Source: Adineta vaga (lineage: Eukaryota; Animalia; Rotifera). Taken from it: a DNA stretch of 64,000 nt. Below, one piece after another: positions 62,208-64,000 of this stretch; the stretch's first letter is position 1; each line of letters starts with the position of its first letter. Position numbers and translations under genes: made by a program. The stretch covers positions 11,966,001 to 12,030,000 of the forward strand of contig CP075496.1 in assembly GCA_021613535.1 (NCBI GenBank). The letters run 5' to 3'. Below the pieces are notes generated by a model, which was given only the letters and a program-made list of their open reading frames with translations, had not been told where the DNA came from and ran no database searches.

Positions 62208-64000
62208 TTATTTCACTGTTGTTCTTACGATAACATCGTCTAATAAATCATCTAAGCATAATCGAATATCACTTTCAGTCAAATCAGCAGTCGATGGACA
62301 TGAACATCTACTCATTGGTTCTATAAGTGAAGATTCAAGAAACAAGTCAGGATCTTGACAGGCTTCTTGTAAGTTTTGTATATCATGTGTAACTTCCCTA
62401 AAACAAATAAACATTTTAATAATGAAATTCTATCGAAATTATCCTTTACCATTGACTATCACATGATGAACATTCAAAACCGACTTTATATTTCCATTTT
62501 GATGAACGACGAGCATGATTTTCAATGAGATTATGATGTAAATCTTTCATTTGATTTTCTAATAAACCAAGACAATCACGGATTGCACCGAGTGAACTAA
62601 TATACGAACGAATATAAATTGAAGAAGAACTCAATTTTGTATATTTCACTTACTTTGTTACTTTTTCTTCTGCTTCTGTATCCGTGATTAATCGTTGTAT
62701 TTCATCGATATCAATTATTGAATTCTATCAGAACAGAATCGATTAATTTTATGCAAAAAAAAAGTCAAATAAATTCCTTACTTGTTTGAATAAATGTTGA
62801 TTATCAATTAATGGTCGAATCATTTTACAGAATTTACCCAATCGTGTTTCCAATTCTTTTCGTTTTTCTTGACTTTGTTGATCCAATTGTTCATAACGTT
62901 GAACATTATCAAGTGAAAACTAAAAAGAAAATCAATGCATACTGTTTTCTCTTAACAATTCAATAAAAGAATTTAAAAATAAAAAAGAACAAGACAAGTT
63001 AATATGCAAAACGTGCAGATAGGCATTTTAAAAAACAAACAAACAAATAGATCATATTTTATTATATGTTAGGTTTTTTGTTCAATTTTACTAAAATCAA
63101 TCATATTAAAAACAGCATACAAGAAAGAAACACATAAATATATCACCGAATCAAACGAAGAATAGTTTAGATTTAGCTAATTGTCATAATGAAAATATAA
63201 ATAAAAAGAATAAGAGAGAGAGAGAGAGCCGTGAGTTTGTCTATTGTTCAAGCAATGTACGTGCATGAAGATTTTCATAAACATCCCATGTAAAGCACGG
63301 AATTGATGATATGTTAGTAAAATGTAGTAGTAGAGGAAGAAGAAGAAGAAGAAGAAGCATGATCATTGCAACTGTCCATTGAGCCTACCTGATTGGCTTT
63401 GATTGCTTCTTGTAATTCAAGTTGATGAGCTTTAGTTGTATAATCAAGTTTTTCTTTTAATGCATTTAATTCACGTTCCTTCAATTCAAGTAATTCACGA
63501 AGATTCTATAAAGAAAAAGATATTATTCATCTTTTTCTTCGAGAGAAAGCATTTCTTTTACATTAGTTGAACTATTATCTGTTCGGTTAGTCTCACGTTT
63601 GAGATCAACTATTTCACGTTCCAATTGTTGTATTCTCACTTGATCACATTGAAGATCTGCTTTAAGACGATCAACTTCCAAACGATATTGTGTTTCACTT
63701 ATACGTAATCTGAATAAGAAATTAACAGATATTTACTCCTTATTTCATCATCTCAATTTCATTACCTGTCTGTTTCAGCTTTAAGTATTGTGAACTCTTG
63801 ATTTTTAACATTCATTTCATGTTGAATATGTTTAAATTGAATTGTATATGTTTCTAATTGTTTCTTCAATTTTTGATTTTGTATACGAATACTCTTTAAC
63901 TAAATAAAATCACAACGACACATTTCTGTGCGAATAATATTCTTTAAATCAATCGAAATATCTTACTTTTCGTTCAGTATCCATCAATCTTTGTTTTATA
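62208..64000 (-). CDS. Uncharacterised coiled-coil protein, 3' part (gene continues off the right edge); multi-exon
   Basis: Heptad-rich exons (LRELLELKERELNALKEKL, IQQLEREIVDLKRE) joined by GT-AG introns; C-terminal FECSSCDSQW...CSCP, stop at 62208. Confidence 0.7.

Noticed and set aside
1-64000. CRISPR arrays, tRNA, rRNA, intact mobile elements
   Set aside because: None seen by eye; repeats are limited to microsatellites. A covariance-model scan was not run.

Overview
AT-rich eukaryotic (animal) genomic DNA, gene-dense, with short (~45-75 nt) GT-AG introns. The gene architecture, the intronless orphan GPCR and the foreign-looking genes point to a bdelloid rotifer (inference; no search run). 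In order, the window holds: the 5' part of a TRPM-type channel, two tandem BAF paralogs, a Ly6/quiver-type GPI protein, Sec24C/D, a tandem-BRCT protein, an Ig/FN3 single-pass receptor, USP24, a claudin/PMP22-like tetraspan, an intronless DxD glycosyltransferase-like protein, PLC-beta, SFT2D3, MRPL51, an FkbM methyltransferase, a GT31 galactosyltransferase, a sirtuin, a Nodal-like TGF-beta ligand, a class A GPCR, a HUNK-like kinase and the 3' part of a coiled-coil gene. Highlights: (1) a bacterial-type thiaminase I gene, with catalytic Cys and Glu retained and one spliceosomal intron, nested antisense in a PLC-beta intron and only partly captured by the ORF track; (2) a U6atac snRNA gene with a Pol III-type promoter inside an SFT2D3 intron; (3) operon-like co-oriented gene runs with splice acceptors just before the ATG; (4) a Nodal-like ligand lacking the dimerisation cysteine; (5) a sirtuin lacking the zinc module. 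Three genes carry single apparent frameshifts that may be assembly errors. All homology calls come from manual translation and recalled reference sequences.
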